From: Marinobacter litoralis
GTDB taxonomy: Bacteria; Pseudomonadota; Gammaproteobacteria; Pseudomonadales; Oleiphilaceae
Reading direction: 5' to 3'
Length of the DNA: 24,000 nucleotides
Assembly: GCF_016427555.1 (NCBI RefSeq)
Contig: NZ_JAELVS010000003.1
Coordinates: 64,550 to 88,549 of the forward strand
Below are positions 1-7,645 of the stretch, one piece after another (the first letter of the stretch is position 1; each line of letters starts with the position of its first letter). Made by a program: the position numbers and the translations under genes. The notes beneath the pieces are model-generated. The model did not search any database. It saw only the letters and a list, made by a program, of their open reading frames with translations, and was not told the origin of the DNA.

Positions 1-1
1 C

Positions 2-415
2 AAGCCGGGCAGTCAACGGATCTCAATCGAGAGTGCGGACGCGAAGCTTGAATGGGCCGCCAGGCATGCCTCGAAAGCATTGTTAGAGCGCACGGGTCTT
101 TCACGCCAAGAGCTTCTGGAAACAGTCGTTCGTGAGCGAGCCTACTTAGCCTCATTGCCCTCCGAGACATTCCTTAGACTTCGTCGCGAACTTCGCGTAC
201 GCCCCCTTGCCAACCTGCTTTTTGAGTCAGGCGCGGCGGTCTCTAAAGCCCAGAGGGATGGCCATTTGCCGCTAATCATTGTCAACTCCCCGAACGTGCG
301 CCTCGGAGACCTCAAAAACTATGACGCGGCTAAAACTCGCCAGCGTAAACGCCGGGACGACCCGCGCGCCTGTGGCACGCGAATATCTCGGGTACTGCCA
401 CTGTTCAAGATTTAG
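2..415 (+). CDS. hypothetical protein, C-terminal part (reading frame open to the left window edge)
   Basis: Frame 2 has no stop codon from nt 2 to TAG 413-415. The ORF-track start at 80 is only a TTG inside an open frame, so the gene probably begins upstream of the window. No motif recognised. Its stop overlaps the stop of the convergent gene (TTAG). Confidence 0.4.
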   Translation, partial: KPGSQRISIESADAKLEWAARHASKALLERTGLSRQELLETVVRERAYLASLPSETFLRLRRELRVRPLANLLFESGAAVSKAQRDGHLPLIIVNSPNVRLGDLKNYDAAKTRQRKRRDDPRACGTRISRVLPLFKI

Positions 416-672
416 CCCTCTCCAATCAAATCCTTGACTAATCCGGCCAGAGCGCACCCCCCCGCGGTTACAGCCAACGTCGAAAACAGTTTGTGTTTGA
501 CGAGCGTTGAGACCAGCGTGCTCACCGAATCAAAGCCGAGCCACGGGCTACCTCCGGCTCCTTGAATAACCCAGAACAGCACGGCCAAACAGAAAGCGAT
601 AGGAAGAGCTTTGAGGGGCTGCACTGAAGATTTTACGTGGATGGCCACAAGCTGTTTGATGGCTGTTTTCAT
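412..672 (-). CDS. small membrane protein (about 86 aa, two hydrophobic segments)
   Basis: ATG at 670-672 is preceded by GGAGG plus an 8-nt spacer (minus strand GGAGGTAAAACCCATG). This is a better start than the ORF-track start at 705. Hydrophobic stretches are LPIAFCLAVLFWVIQGAGG and LFSTLAVTAGGCALAGLV. No family recognised. Confidence 0.5.
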   Translation of the reverse strand: MKTAIKQLVAIHVKSSVQPLKALPIAFCLAVLFWVIQGAGGSPWLGFDSVSTLVSTLVKHKLFSTLAVTAGGCALAGLVKDLIGEG

Positions 673-742
673 GGGTTTTACCTCCGTGGGATTTGAGACC
701 TTCAATGCTTACACAAATCCCAAATCCACCAAGCGCGCCCAT

Positions 743-1100
743 CTTTCTGACTGCTCTGCGCTGACCCACTACAAATTTTTACGCACCACCCCCCCTGCGA
801 AAACAGTAACTGTAGTTGCGCACCCCCCTTGCGTAAAATGCAGGTGTTTTACGCATCCCCCCCTTGCGAAAACAGTATTTGTAGTTGCAGCCTAGCCTGC
901 GTAAAACAAAAGACGAAATTGCCGCTCTCCCCGCTTTCTGACTGCTCTGAGCTGACCCGCTACAAAAGTTTTACGCACCTCCCCCCTGCGAAAACAGTAA
1001 CTGTAGTTGCGCACCCCCCTTGCGTAAAACGCAGGTGTTTTACGCATCCCCCCCTTGCGAAAACAATAACTGTGGTTGCAGCCCCCCCTTGCGTAAAACA
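743..1100. repeat. composite iteron-like array: two ~166-bp direct repeats, each built of two ~70-bp sub-units
   Basis: 743-908 and 934-1100 align almost base for base (period 191 bp, few mismatches). Each unit holds two sub-units of the form TTTTACGCA-N2-C6-8-(T)TGCGAAAACAGTAACTGTAGTTGC-N-C6-8-TTGCGTAAAA. The C-run plus TGCG(A/T)AAAA motif recurs about every 33-34 bp (about 788, 822, 856, 889; 979, 1012, 1047, 1082). TTTTACGCA and TGCGTAAAA are inverted repeats. ACAGTAACTGT is an internal 5-1-5 palindrome. Confidence 0.9.
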
Positions 1101-1144
1101 CCCTCTAAAAATCTTGATATTTTGGCCGTTTGAGGATCAATTTG

Positions 1145-1206
1145 TTTTTCGCAGGGGGGGGTGCGAAAACAGTAAGTTAGTTTGTATACGCAGGGGGGGT
1201 TAAAAA
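1145..1206. repeat. additional copies of the same motif in inverted orientation
   Basis: TTTTTCGCAGGGGGGGG (1145-1161) is the reverse complement of the C-run/TGCGAAAAA motif. It abuts a forward TGCGAAAACAGTAAG (1162-1176). ACGCAGGGGGGG (1188-1199) is another inverted copy. Confidence 0.8.
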
Positions 1207-1381
1207 CTGCTACTGAAAAGTTAATCAGAGCTACAACTGAAACGGGAATGTGTGCCTAGATATCACGCCACCTTTGAGTTACTCCGAATCAACCGACACT
1301 CATCTGAAAGAGATACATCCCCGAAAAAGCACCTCTCAGCGCGTTAAAGGACGCTTTCGGGGAAACGCTACACTTAACCAG

Positions 1382-1411
1382 CACAGAAACAAACAGCCCG
1401 CAAACGGGCCG
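1382..1411 (-). terminator. rho-independent terminator downstream of the ADP-ribosylglycohydrolase gene
   Basis: Minus strand reads CGGCCCG-TTTG-CGGGCTG (7-bp stem with one G-U pair) followed by TTTGTTTCTGTG. It lies about 37 nt after the stop codon at 1448-1450. Confidence 0.6.
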
Positions 1412-1447
1412 TCAGGAGCTGAGAGATAAACGCAACATAACCCTGAC

Positions 1448-2554
1448 TCATCCTCCCGGATACCGAGCCCAGAGCCTGTCATCGCCCATGTAAGAATGCC
1501 ACTCTCGACACGTCCACAAATCGGAAGCAACAGCCTCAATCACCGGCCGTAGCTCAAGCTCCGCCAGCCACCGATCTGGGATAGCACGCAGCCCAAGATG
1601 TGCGCCAAGAATATTCCCGGTAATCGCTCCCGTGGAATCTGAGTCGCCATCGTGATTGACCGCCAGCACGATACCCTGCTCGAAGCTATCCGCCACCAAA
1701 GCGCAGTACACGGAAATGGCCAAAGCTTCCTCCGCCACCCAGCCTTCGCCTAGTTCTCGAATAGCCTCATGGTGAGGTTGGGCGGATTGACTGAGTGTGT
1801 CAGCGTGTTCTAGCGCCGCCGCGGTTTCTTCGTGACCTGGTTCAGCCACTAGCAACGGCTTGGCGTTATCCAGCGCCTCTGACAACGACTTACCCGCCAG
1901 CAACTCGAAAATGACAACCGCCAATACGCCACCGGTCAAATAGCCACTGGGGTGACCGTGAGTAATTGCGGCCGCCATGCAGCCGTCGTCGAAAACACGT
2001 TTCAACGGGTTATCGCCAAGGAGGTCCTTGAAGGACCACCAGAACAGTCCAACCGGTGCCACGCGCATCACGCCGCCGCAACCTTTACTGTCGTTGGCCG
2101 CAATACCGGGTTCGCCGCTGTAATGCCGCAGCGCGCTCAAACACGTACTTCCCGGGGCCCGCTGGTTGTGAAGTTCATCTTGTTGAAACAACCAGCCGCT
2201 CTTGTCCACGGTGACTTCGTAGCACTCCTGCCCCTGAGTGGCGAGCCAACGCAAATAAGCATTCGCCACCGTATGATCGAAGCTACTTAACCCACGGCTG
2301 ACACCTCGCATCTGCCCTCTCAGCAACCCCTCAGCCGTGAACAGCGTCATCTGGGTATCATCGGTGATCTTACCTTTCCCACCGTAGGCTTCCGCGTAAT
2401 CGGTAATGCCCTCCGGCCCGAAACGGTTCAGTATCGCGGTTCGTGACATGAATTCGACCGCTCCGCCCAGGGCATCGCCGATGGCGCCGCCTAAAAGGCA
2501 AGCGGTAAATAAATCCACTGGACCAGAGTTAAGTTCGGAACGAGTTGCTTCCAT
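1448..2554 (-). CDS. ADP-ribosylglycohydrolase family protein (DraG/ARH-like), 368 aa
   Basis: Family signatures are LLGGAIGDALGGAVEF, TDDTQMTLFTAEGLL and NHDGDSDSTGAITGNILGA (metal-binding Asp clusters). The start is set at ATG 2552-2554, with GGAGG at 2564-2568 and a 9-nt spacer. The longer 417-aa ORF only adds translation of a microsatellite. Confidence 0.85.
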   Translation of the reverse strand: MEATRSELNSGPVDLFTACLLGGAIGDALGGAVEFMSRTAILNRFGPEGITDYAEAYGGKGKITDDTQMTLFTAEGLLRGQMRGVSRGLSSFDHTVANAYLRWLATQGQECYEVTVDKSGWLFQQDELHNQRAPGSTCLSALRHYSGEPGIAANDSKGCGGVMRVAPVGLFWWSFKDLLGDNPLKRVFDDGCMAAAITHGHPSGYLTGGVLAVVIFELLAGKSLSEALDNAKPLLVAEPGHEETAAALEHADTLSQSAQPHHEAIRELGEGWVAEEALAISVYCALVADSFEQGIVLAVNHDGDSDSTGAITGNILGAHLGLRAIPDRWLAELELRPVIEAVASDLWTCREWHSYMGDDRLWARYPGG

Positions 2555-2581
2555 GGCGTTCGACCTCCAGAGGTGAGCGTG

Positions 2582-2636
2582 GGCTTGGCTTGGCTTGGCT
2601 TGGCTTGGCTTGGCTTGGCTTGGCTTGGCTTGGCTT
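2582..2636. repeat. perfect pentanucleotide microsatellite (GGCTT)x11 (AAGCC on the gene strand)
   Basis: There are 55 nt of uninterrupted GGCTT units, read directly. The tract starts 27 nt upstream of the ARH start codon. Confidence 0.97.
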
Positions 2637-2659
2637 GGTACAAATTCTTTGAATGACAT

Positions 2660-2697
2660 AAGACAGGAAACGCCTGGGCCCATTTCATGAGGCCCAG
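2660..2697 (-). terminator. probable terminator of the outer-membrane protein gene
   Basis: Perfect 7-bp inverted repeat CTGGGCC (2674-2680) / GGCCCAG (2691-2697) with a 10-nt loop. On the minus strand it is followed by GCGTTTCCTGTCTT. It begins 19 nt after the stop at 2716-2718. Confidence 0.45.
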
Positions 2698-2715
2698 ACA
2701 CAAAACAACGATCTG

Positions 2716-3318
2716 TTAGAAACGGAACTCAGGCCCTACGCTAAAGACGTTGACATCGGTTTCGCCGGTTTCATCTTCATCACCGACGTTAACGAGATAA
2801 TCCCAGTCAGCACGTAGGCGTACCGAGTCAGAGACATCAAAGCTAACGCCAAGCCCCGTTCGGAATGCAACACCCGTATCGCTATCGCTCTCAGAAACCG
2901 TCATAAAGCCGTTACTTGCCGTCGCTTCATAATTTAGGCGCCACAACAGCAGACCCGCCTTGGTAAATACCTTAAACGGCCCTGCTTCCGGCATTCCTAG
3001 CTGGAACGTTGTATCAACGAAGTGTCCATTAACCGCACCAGCAACAGCCACGCCCCGAAACATTCCGGATACCTCTACGTCATCGATATAACGATAGCCA
3101 AACTCAAGATTTGCAAAACCGTTTAACTCCGTTCCTCCGTATACACGTAGAGAGAGCGCACTGTCGTCGCAGGAAGTTTCCGACCCATCACAGAAATCGT
3201 CTACGGTAGCCTGCCCTAACGACACACCTACATACCCTGCCTGCGGTTCAGCGGCTTGCGCTGAAGTGTGAGCCAGAACAGCAATGGACAACGCCAACAC
3301 AAATTTATTGAACTTCAT
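2716..3318 (-). CDS. small outer-membrane beta-barrel protein (OmpA-N/OmpW-like porin-fold family), 200 aa
   Basis: Signal peptide MKFNKFVLALSIAVLAHTSAQA with an A-x-A cleavage site. The body alternates aromatic and hydrophilic residues in beta-strand patterns. The C-terminus ends in the OMP signature ...GPEFRF. AAGGA RBS lies 8 nt upstream of the ATG. Confidence 0.8.
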   Translation of the reverse strand: MKFNKFVLALSIAVLAHTSAQAAEPQAGYVGVSLGQATVDDFCDGSETSCDDSALSLRVYGGTELNGFANLEFGYRYIDDVEVSGMFRGVAVAGAVNGHFVDTTFQLGMPEAGPFKVFTKAGLLLWRLNYEATASNGFMTVSESDSDTGVAFRTGLGVSFDVSDSVRLRADWDYLVNVGDEDETGETDVNVFSVGPEFRF

Positions 3319-3525
3319 TTCAACATCCTTTTAGTCACAACAAACAACTGCCACTCACCCAAGTGAACGAGTCATCTAATTTGTTCTATGCGAACCGTTT
3401 GAATTAATTGTTTACGATTTTCGGCATGACAGGGCCATCATGCTTTGGAGGTGCGACAGTTAGAGTCGCTATAACTTCGAAGCACCGAAATCTAACCACA
3501 CTGATTCTATAATGCGACCAATGGC

Positions 3526-3849
3526 TCATTTTCCCTGAAGGTCGTGCAACTTCTTTTTAAGTTCTAAACCGCGCTCATTCAGGCTGAAAATCGTTACTCG
3601 GTAGTCGTTTGGATCTGGCCGAGTACAGGCAACATCGATACCAGACTTACCTGGACGAGCCCGGTCAGTGAGATTCCTCATATTTCGAGAAGTACGGCTT
3701 TTACCTAACTTAAAACGGGCCTCGACTTGGCTCACGGTAGCTTCATCGTTATCACAAAGATGCAAAAAGCAGAGGATGGTGCCTAGAGGTATGTCCTCTT
3801 CATACTCCCTGAAAAGAGAAATTGCATTGACTAACGTATTACAGTTCAT
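3526..3849 (-). CDS. MarR-like winged-helix transcriptional regulator, 107 aa
   Basis: wHTH pattern ATVSQVEARFKLGKSRTSRNMRNLTDRA... followed by the wing DPNDYRVTIFSLNERGLEL, which resembles the MarR D-x-R...LT..G wing. AGGA RBS precedes the ATG. Confidence 0.6.
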   Translation of the reverse strand: MNCNTLVNAISLFREYEEDIPLGTILCFLHLCDNDEATVSQVEARFKLGKSRTSRNMRNLTDRARPGKSGIDVACTRPDPNDYRVTIFSLNERGLELKKKLHDLQGK

Positions 3850-4141
3850 TTTTTCCTAACAAATGAAACACGAATCATCAACATCCGTTCCCGAAACCGC
3901 TTTCCAATCCGTTAAAGCGATACAGTCAACCGGCTAAGCACCAACAAAGCCGGTAAACGCCCGGTCATGATCCTCCAGAAACGTCGACGAATCTATTTCA
4001 AAAGCTAATAATGTGAAACCCAACTCGTTGTTATTGCGATCATTTTAAAAGTAACGATAATGTTTTTTAGTACACCTAATAGGACCCTTAGAAGGGTCTT
4101 GCTTATCACTGACCCGCTTTTCAGTCAGAAAAACTCAAACA

Positions 4142-7069
4142 TTAACCTTTACCAACTCCGTTAAACTCGAGAAGCCCCAAATCAAACGCTATTTCATTTT
4201 CTGTATGCGAACAGCCCTCTCCGCTGCTTCGATAGTTTTTGCAACCCCAGAACTCCCCATACCGACCTTTGCGCTGGACCATTTCTGCCCCACATTTGGG
4301 GCAAACTGGTACCTGGTTCACGCACTTTGGATTAATACAGGTTTTGAATCGGCCAGCTCGACGCATTTGTGATTCGCAATGAGCGCAACCGCGCTCACGG
4401 TGCTTGCACAGCGGGAAGTTGTTACAACCAAAAAATCCCCCGAATTTGCTATGCCTAGGAACCATCGTGCCGGTTTTGCATTTCATACATTTGAGCATGT
4501 GCAACAGTTGCTGGCTGAGCGAGGTTGCAAACTCATTCAGCTCAACGTCATATCCATCCCCCAACAGCTCAACTACGAATTCTGAGGCAACGGCCATATC
4601 GGCGATCAAATAAGCTCGATTCCTGGCCCGAGTGAGGGCGACGTACAATAATCGCCTCTCTTCAGCATATGGGTGCTGCTCTTTTTCTGGCAACAATGCC
4701 TCAAGCAGCGGATGTGTGGTCTTCATTGAGGGGAAACCGTGCTTGCCAGTTTCCAAACCAAGAATGATCACGTAATCGGCCTCCATTCCTTTGGAGGCAT
4801 GAACTGTAAGAGGTTCCAACACAATGGAAGGGTAGCGTTCGGCAATGATACGTAACTCCGACCTGTCCGGCAGATTGAAGCCGTAACGTCCTAATAAATA
4901 AACGCTGCTTCCAGGCTCAGCAATGTCCGATATGCGCGAAATAACCTTCTCCAAACGACTTGGTTCCCCTACGCTTTGCTTTTGCCGGTTGTCCTCACGG
5001 AGAAGCGAGACGGCTGGTTTACTTACCTGTTTAATACTGTTTAATTGCTTTCTAACCTGTGCCGGGTTTTGAAGCACAAAGCGCGTGGCAACATCACCAA
5101 TACCACTGTTAAAACGGAAGGTAAGATCAAGCGCTGTTACTCTGGTATAGCCGAACTTTTTTCGAAACTCGGTCGTAAAACCGAGATCACTACCCGTGAA
5201 ACGATAAATTGCCTGCCAGTCATCCCCAACGCAGAATAAAGAACTGTCTTTAACAGAATCTCTAAGGTATTTAACCAGACGTGCACGGGCATCCGAGATG
5301 TCTTGAAACTCATCAACGAGAATGTAACGCCAAGGACTTACAAACCGACCATCTCGGACATAGCTTATGGCCTTACCAATCATGTCATCGAAGTCGATGT
5401 GGCCTTCTCGGTCCAGCAATTCCTGATAGTCATCAAGTATCGGCTGAAGCAGCTTTAAAGCCGCTTTTACTTGCCCCTTGTTTTCAACCCTGGAAATGGT
5501 TTCTTCCACTTGCCCTGACTCATAACAGTTAGCCCGATACCTTTTGAGCAAGTCCGCCAGCAAAGCAGAAAATGTGCTGATAGCCCCAAACTCGCGCAAC
5601 GTCTCAAGGACAGCTTTAGGTGGAAGCGGCCGATATTTGACCTCGTATTCGGCTAATTTTTCATCGAGCGCTTCAAAGAGCACACCTTCTACCAACTCGT
5701 AGTGATACAGTTCGACCAGACATGTGCCATTTTTAGAATGAAGTTGTCGTTTCCAGTTAATTCCTTGATGGTATAGATCCCGGTCCACGTACGGTGCCGT
5801 ATTACCCTTCCGATCGATCCCATAGTACTCGATATAAACACCATGCTCCGGCAGATAGAAATCCGGCTGGTACTGACGATGGAGCGGATTCGCTGTCTTA
5901 TGTTCATAAGCAGACTCATATTGATACTCGATGCCTTGCTTAAAAAGGTAATTGGCGACCAGGCACTCGCCCCAACTTTTAACCGCTTCACCTTTTAGAG
6001 TCCGGATATCGTTAGCGGTGATATAATCAAAGTATTCCCCTTCTGTTTCGAAATCGAAGGGGTTTGCTTCAGGGTACAGATAGTACTCGAAGTAGTTGAA
6101 CATCAATTGCCGGTAAGAACGCACCTTCAAATGCTGTTCAAACCACTGGTTCACTTGTAATGCCAACCGTCTGTCATCCTCGGCAAGCGGTGTCAGGGAC
6201 GGTTGCTGTCCCTCGACTTTGGCAATAATCTCCTTGCCCAGCTTGTGAAACGTACTTGCAGCAACTCCACACCGCCCTAGCCGGTTATCGATACGTTCCT
6301 GCATTTCTGCTGCCGCTTTATTCGCAAATGCTAGCATCAGAATCTCGCTAGCTCTGGCTTGCCCGCTTTTGATCAAATACCCGGCGCGACCAACCATTAC
6401 GCTCGTCTTACCAGTGCCCGCACCAGCCAACACCAAATTATTATCTTCGTCGACGACACAAGCCTCTCGCTGGCGCTCAGTTAGCGGCTTGCGTTCAACG
6501 GATGCAAAGAAATTATCATAGAGCTTCAATTGATGTGCCACATAGCTTTGGCGTAGTTGTTTCAGGTCTGATTCCTGCCATCCAGCTACATCAGCTACCC
6601 ACTGAAAAGGCGCTTCCTCGATGCCCTCACACCATTCAGCCTCTGGCACTCTGACAAATCGATTCAAAGCTTGCTGCGCCATTTCTTTAGCTAGGTCTAT
6701 TCTCGACTGCCGGGGGTATCCCTTAGCCAAAAGGGACCGAATATCCTCTGCAGTCTTCCCCACTTCAGGGGAAAGCTCCCTGAGCCATTGCTGGCGTAAC
6801 CAACGAAACAACTCTTGCGCGTCTTTTTTCCGAAGCCCTGAAAAGGTCTTAGGTCCTGAATCTGTCTGAAGCTCTAGGCGAGCAAAAAGTGCTCCTTCCT
6901 GAAATGTAGCCTCGTTCGCTAACGATTCAGCAAGAATCAGGTATCGATCACCATCCTTAGTAACGACCTGCAAGCCACCATCAGCTAAGTTGAATGTTGC
7001 AGACTCAGCTCCAAACAGCCGCATCAGCCAGTGGGGGTCAATTTGTGCAGAAGAGGACACTGAATTCAT
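4142..7069 (-). CDS. UvrD/Rep superfamily-1 helicase, helicase IV (HelD)-like, with two C-terminal topoisomerase-type C4 zinc ribbons, 975 aa
   Basis: Walker A is LVLAGAGTGKTSVMVGRAGYL, motif II is ILVDEFQDIS, and the C-terminal motif is LYVALTRARNRAYL. The N-terminal ~190 aa resemble the helicase IV N-domain layout. The tail carries CMKCKTG...FFGCNNFPLCKH and CPKCGAEMVQRKGRYGEFWGCKNY. An insert between Walker A and DEFQD reads QPDFYLPEHGVYIEYYG (PD-(D/E)xK-like). Confidence 0.85.
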   Translation of the reverse strand: MNSVSSSAQIDPHWLMRLFGAESATFNLADGGLQVVTKDGDRYLILAESLANEATFQEGALFARLELQTDSGPKTFSGLRKKDAQELFRWLRQQWLRELSPEVGKTAEDIRSLLAKGYPRQSRIDLAKEMAQQALNRFVRVPEAEWCEGIEEAPFQWVADVAGWQESDLKQLRQSYVAHQLKLYDNFFASVERKPLTERQREACVVDEDNNLVLAGAGTGKTSVMVGRAGYLIKSGQARASEILMLAFANKAAAEMQERIDNRLGRCGVAASTFHKLGKEIIAKVEGQQPSLTPLAEDDRRLALQVNQWFEQHLKVRSYRQLMFNYFEYYLYPEANPFDFETEGEYFDYITANDIRTLKGEAVKSWGECLVANYLFKQGIEYQYESAYEHKTANPLHRQYQPDFYLPEHGVYIEYYGIDRKGNTAPYVDRDLYHQGINWKRQLHSKNGTCLVELYHYELVEGVLFEALDEKLAEYEVKYRPLPPKAVLETLREFGAISTFSALLADLLKRYRANCYESGQVEETISRVENKGQVKAALKLLQPILDDYQELLDREGHIDFDDMIGKAISYVRDGRFVSPWRYILVDEFQDISDARARLVKYLRDSVKDSSLFCVGDDWQAIYRFTGSDLGFTTEFRKKFGYTRVTALDLTFRFNSGIGDVATRFVLQNPAQVRKQLNSIKQVSKPAVSLLREDNRQKQSVGEPSRLEKVISRISDIAEPGSSVYLLGRYGFNLPDRSELRIIAERYPSIVLEPLTVHASKGMEADYVIILGLETGKHGFPSMKTTHPLLEALLPEKEQHPYAEERRLLYVALTRARNRAYLIADMAVASEFVVELLGDGYDVELNEFATSLSQQLLHMLKCMKCKTGTMVPRHSKFGGFFGCNNFPLCKHRERGCAHCESQMRRAGRFKTCINPKCVNQVPVCPKCGAEMVQRKGRYGEFWGCKNYRSSGEGCSHTENEIAFDLGLLEFNGVGKG

Positions 7070-7484
7070 GATGGGAAATGACTCACAGTCTTACAGGGCA
7101 GCTTGTCGCTGGAGTGGCGCAAAAAGGTATCATCCTAACATTATCACTGAGCCTTGTGTGACACGACTCTAGAACTTCAGTCTCAAAGGATAATGGCCTC
7201 GTAAGTTCCTGATATCGCCCCAATGCAATACGTAAATTCGCCATATCGGCCTACTCTCCAACAACCGGGTAACACGCATAACCCAAAGTGGGTTCGGATT
7301 ATCCATCATGATGGTCAGAATGATCGGCACCAATTTCCCATGATCGTCACGCAATCGCGGAGCTGGTCTCGATCTACTTTGCTCCCCCAAGTAGCGCCTC
7401 CATGAATCCGTTGGTTGCAGAGGGTGCAGATCCGATTGAGCGCTATCCCTAGAACATGGCATTTCCATAAAAACGCGCATGCAC

Positions 7485-7593
7485 GTCGCATGCGACAACT
7501 CTGTGCGCACAGCTCCCAAATTTTATTTAGAAGATGGTGTTCAGGCCACTTAAGTTGTCGCAAACACGTCGTAAAGGTGTCGATTGCGACAAC
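7485..7593. promoter_or_regulatory. cluster of palindromes sharing a TGCGAC(AAC) core (candidate operator sites)
   Basis: GTCGCATGCGAC is a perfect 12-bp palindrome (7485-7496). TGCGACAAC occurs at 7491-7499 and 7585-7593, and inverted (GTTGTCGCA) at 7554-7562. GTTGTCGCAA (7554-7563) and TTGCGACAAC (7584-7593) form a perfect 10-bp inverted repeat with a 20-nt spacer. No U-tract follows on either strand. Confidence 0.45.
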
Positions 7594-7616
7594 CAAAAAA
7601 TATTGAAAACAACAAG

Positions 7617-7645
7617 TTGACATCACTATGAGATCAATCTATCTT
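7617..7645 (+). promoter_or_regulatory. sigma70-type promoter pointing rightward
   Basis: TTGACA (7617-7622), a 17-nt spacer, then TATCTT (7640-7645). An A-rich UP-like tract (CCAAAAAATATTGAAAACAACAAG) lies immediately upstream. Confidence 0.5.

Noticed and set aside
611-1203. ORFs 611-895 (+), 829-1203 (+) and 892-1101 (-) with repetitive PPCVK/PPAKTVTVVA peptides
   Set aside because: They are translations of the iteron-like DNA repeats. The internal peptide repeats mirror the DNA periodicity, and there is no RBS. They are treated as non-coding.
743-1206. Possible CRISPR array
   Set aside because: The sequences between the conserved motifs are themselves repeated between units, so there are no unique spacers. 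The repeat lengths and phasing do not fit a CRISPR array, and no cas genes are present.
2555-2703. N-terminal extension of the ARH gene (417-aa ORF) and the 70-aa ORF 2491-2703, both encoding (PSQAK)n
   Set aside because: Both are read-through of the pentanucleotide microsatellite. The extension would start inside the upstream terminator hairpin with no SD. A GGAGG-driven ATG at 2552-2554 precedes the conserved ARH domain.
4085-4135. Hairpins GACCCTT-AG-AAGGGTC and CTGAC-N10-GTCAG downstream of the helicase gene, as a possible terminator
   Set aside because: The stems are short, one loop is only 2 nt, and no U-tract follows on the minus strand. This is not strong enough to annotate.
7169-7626. 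Overlapping ORFs of 60-116 aa on both strands (7169-7519, 7315-7626, 7223-7405, 7415-7606)
   Set aside because: Their composition is Cys/Arg/Trp-rich and non-protein-like. They overlap each other in different frames and have no RBS or recognisable motif.
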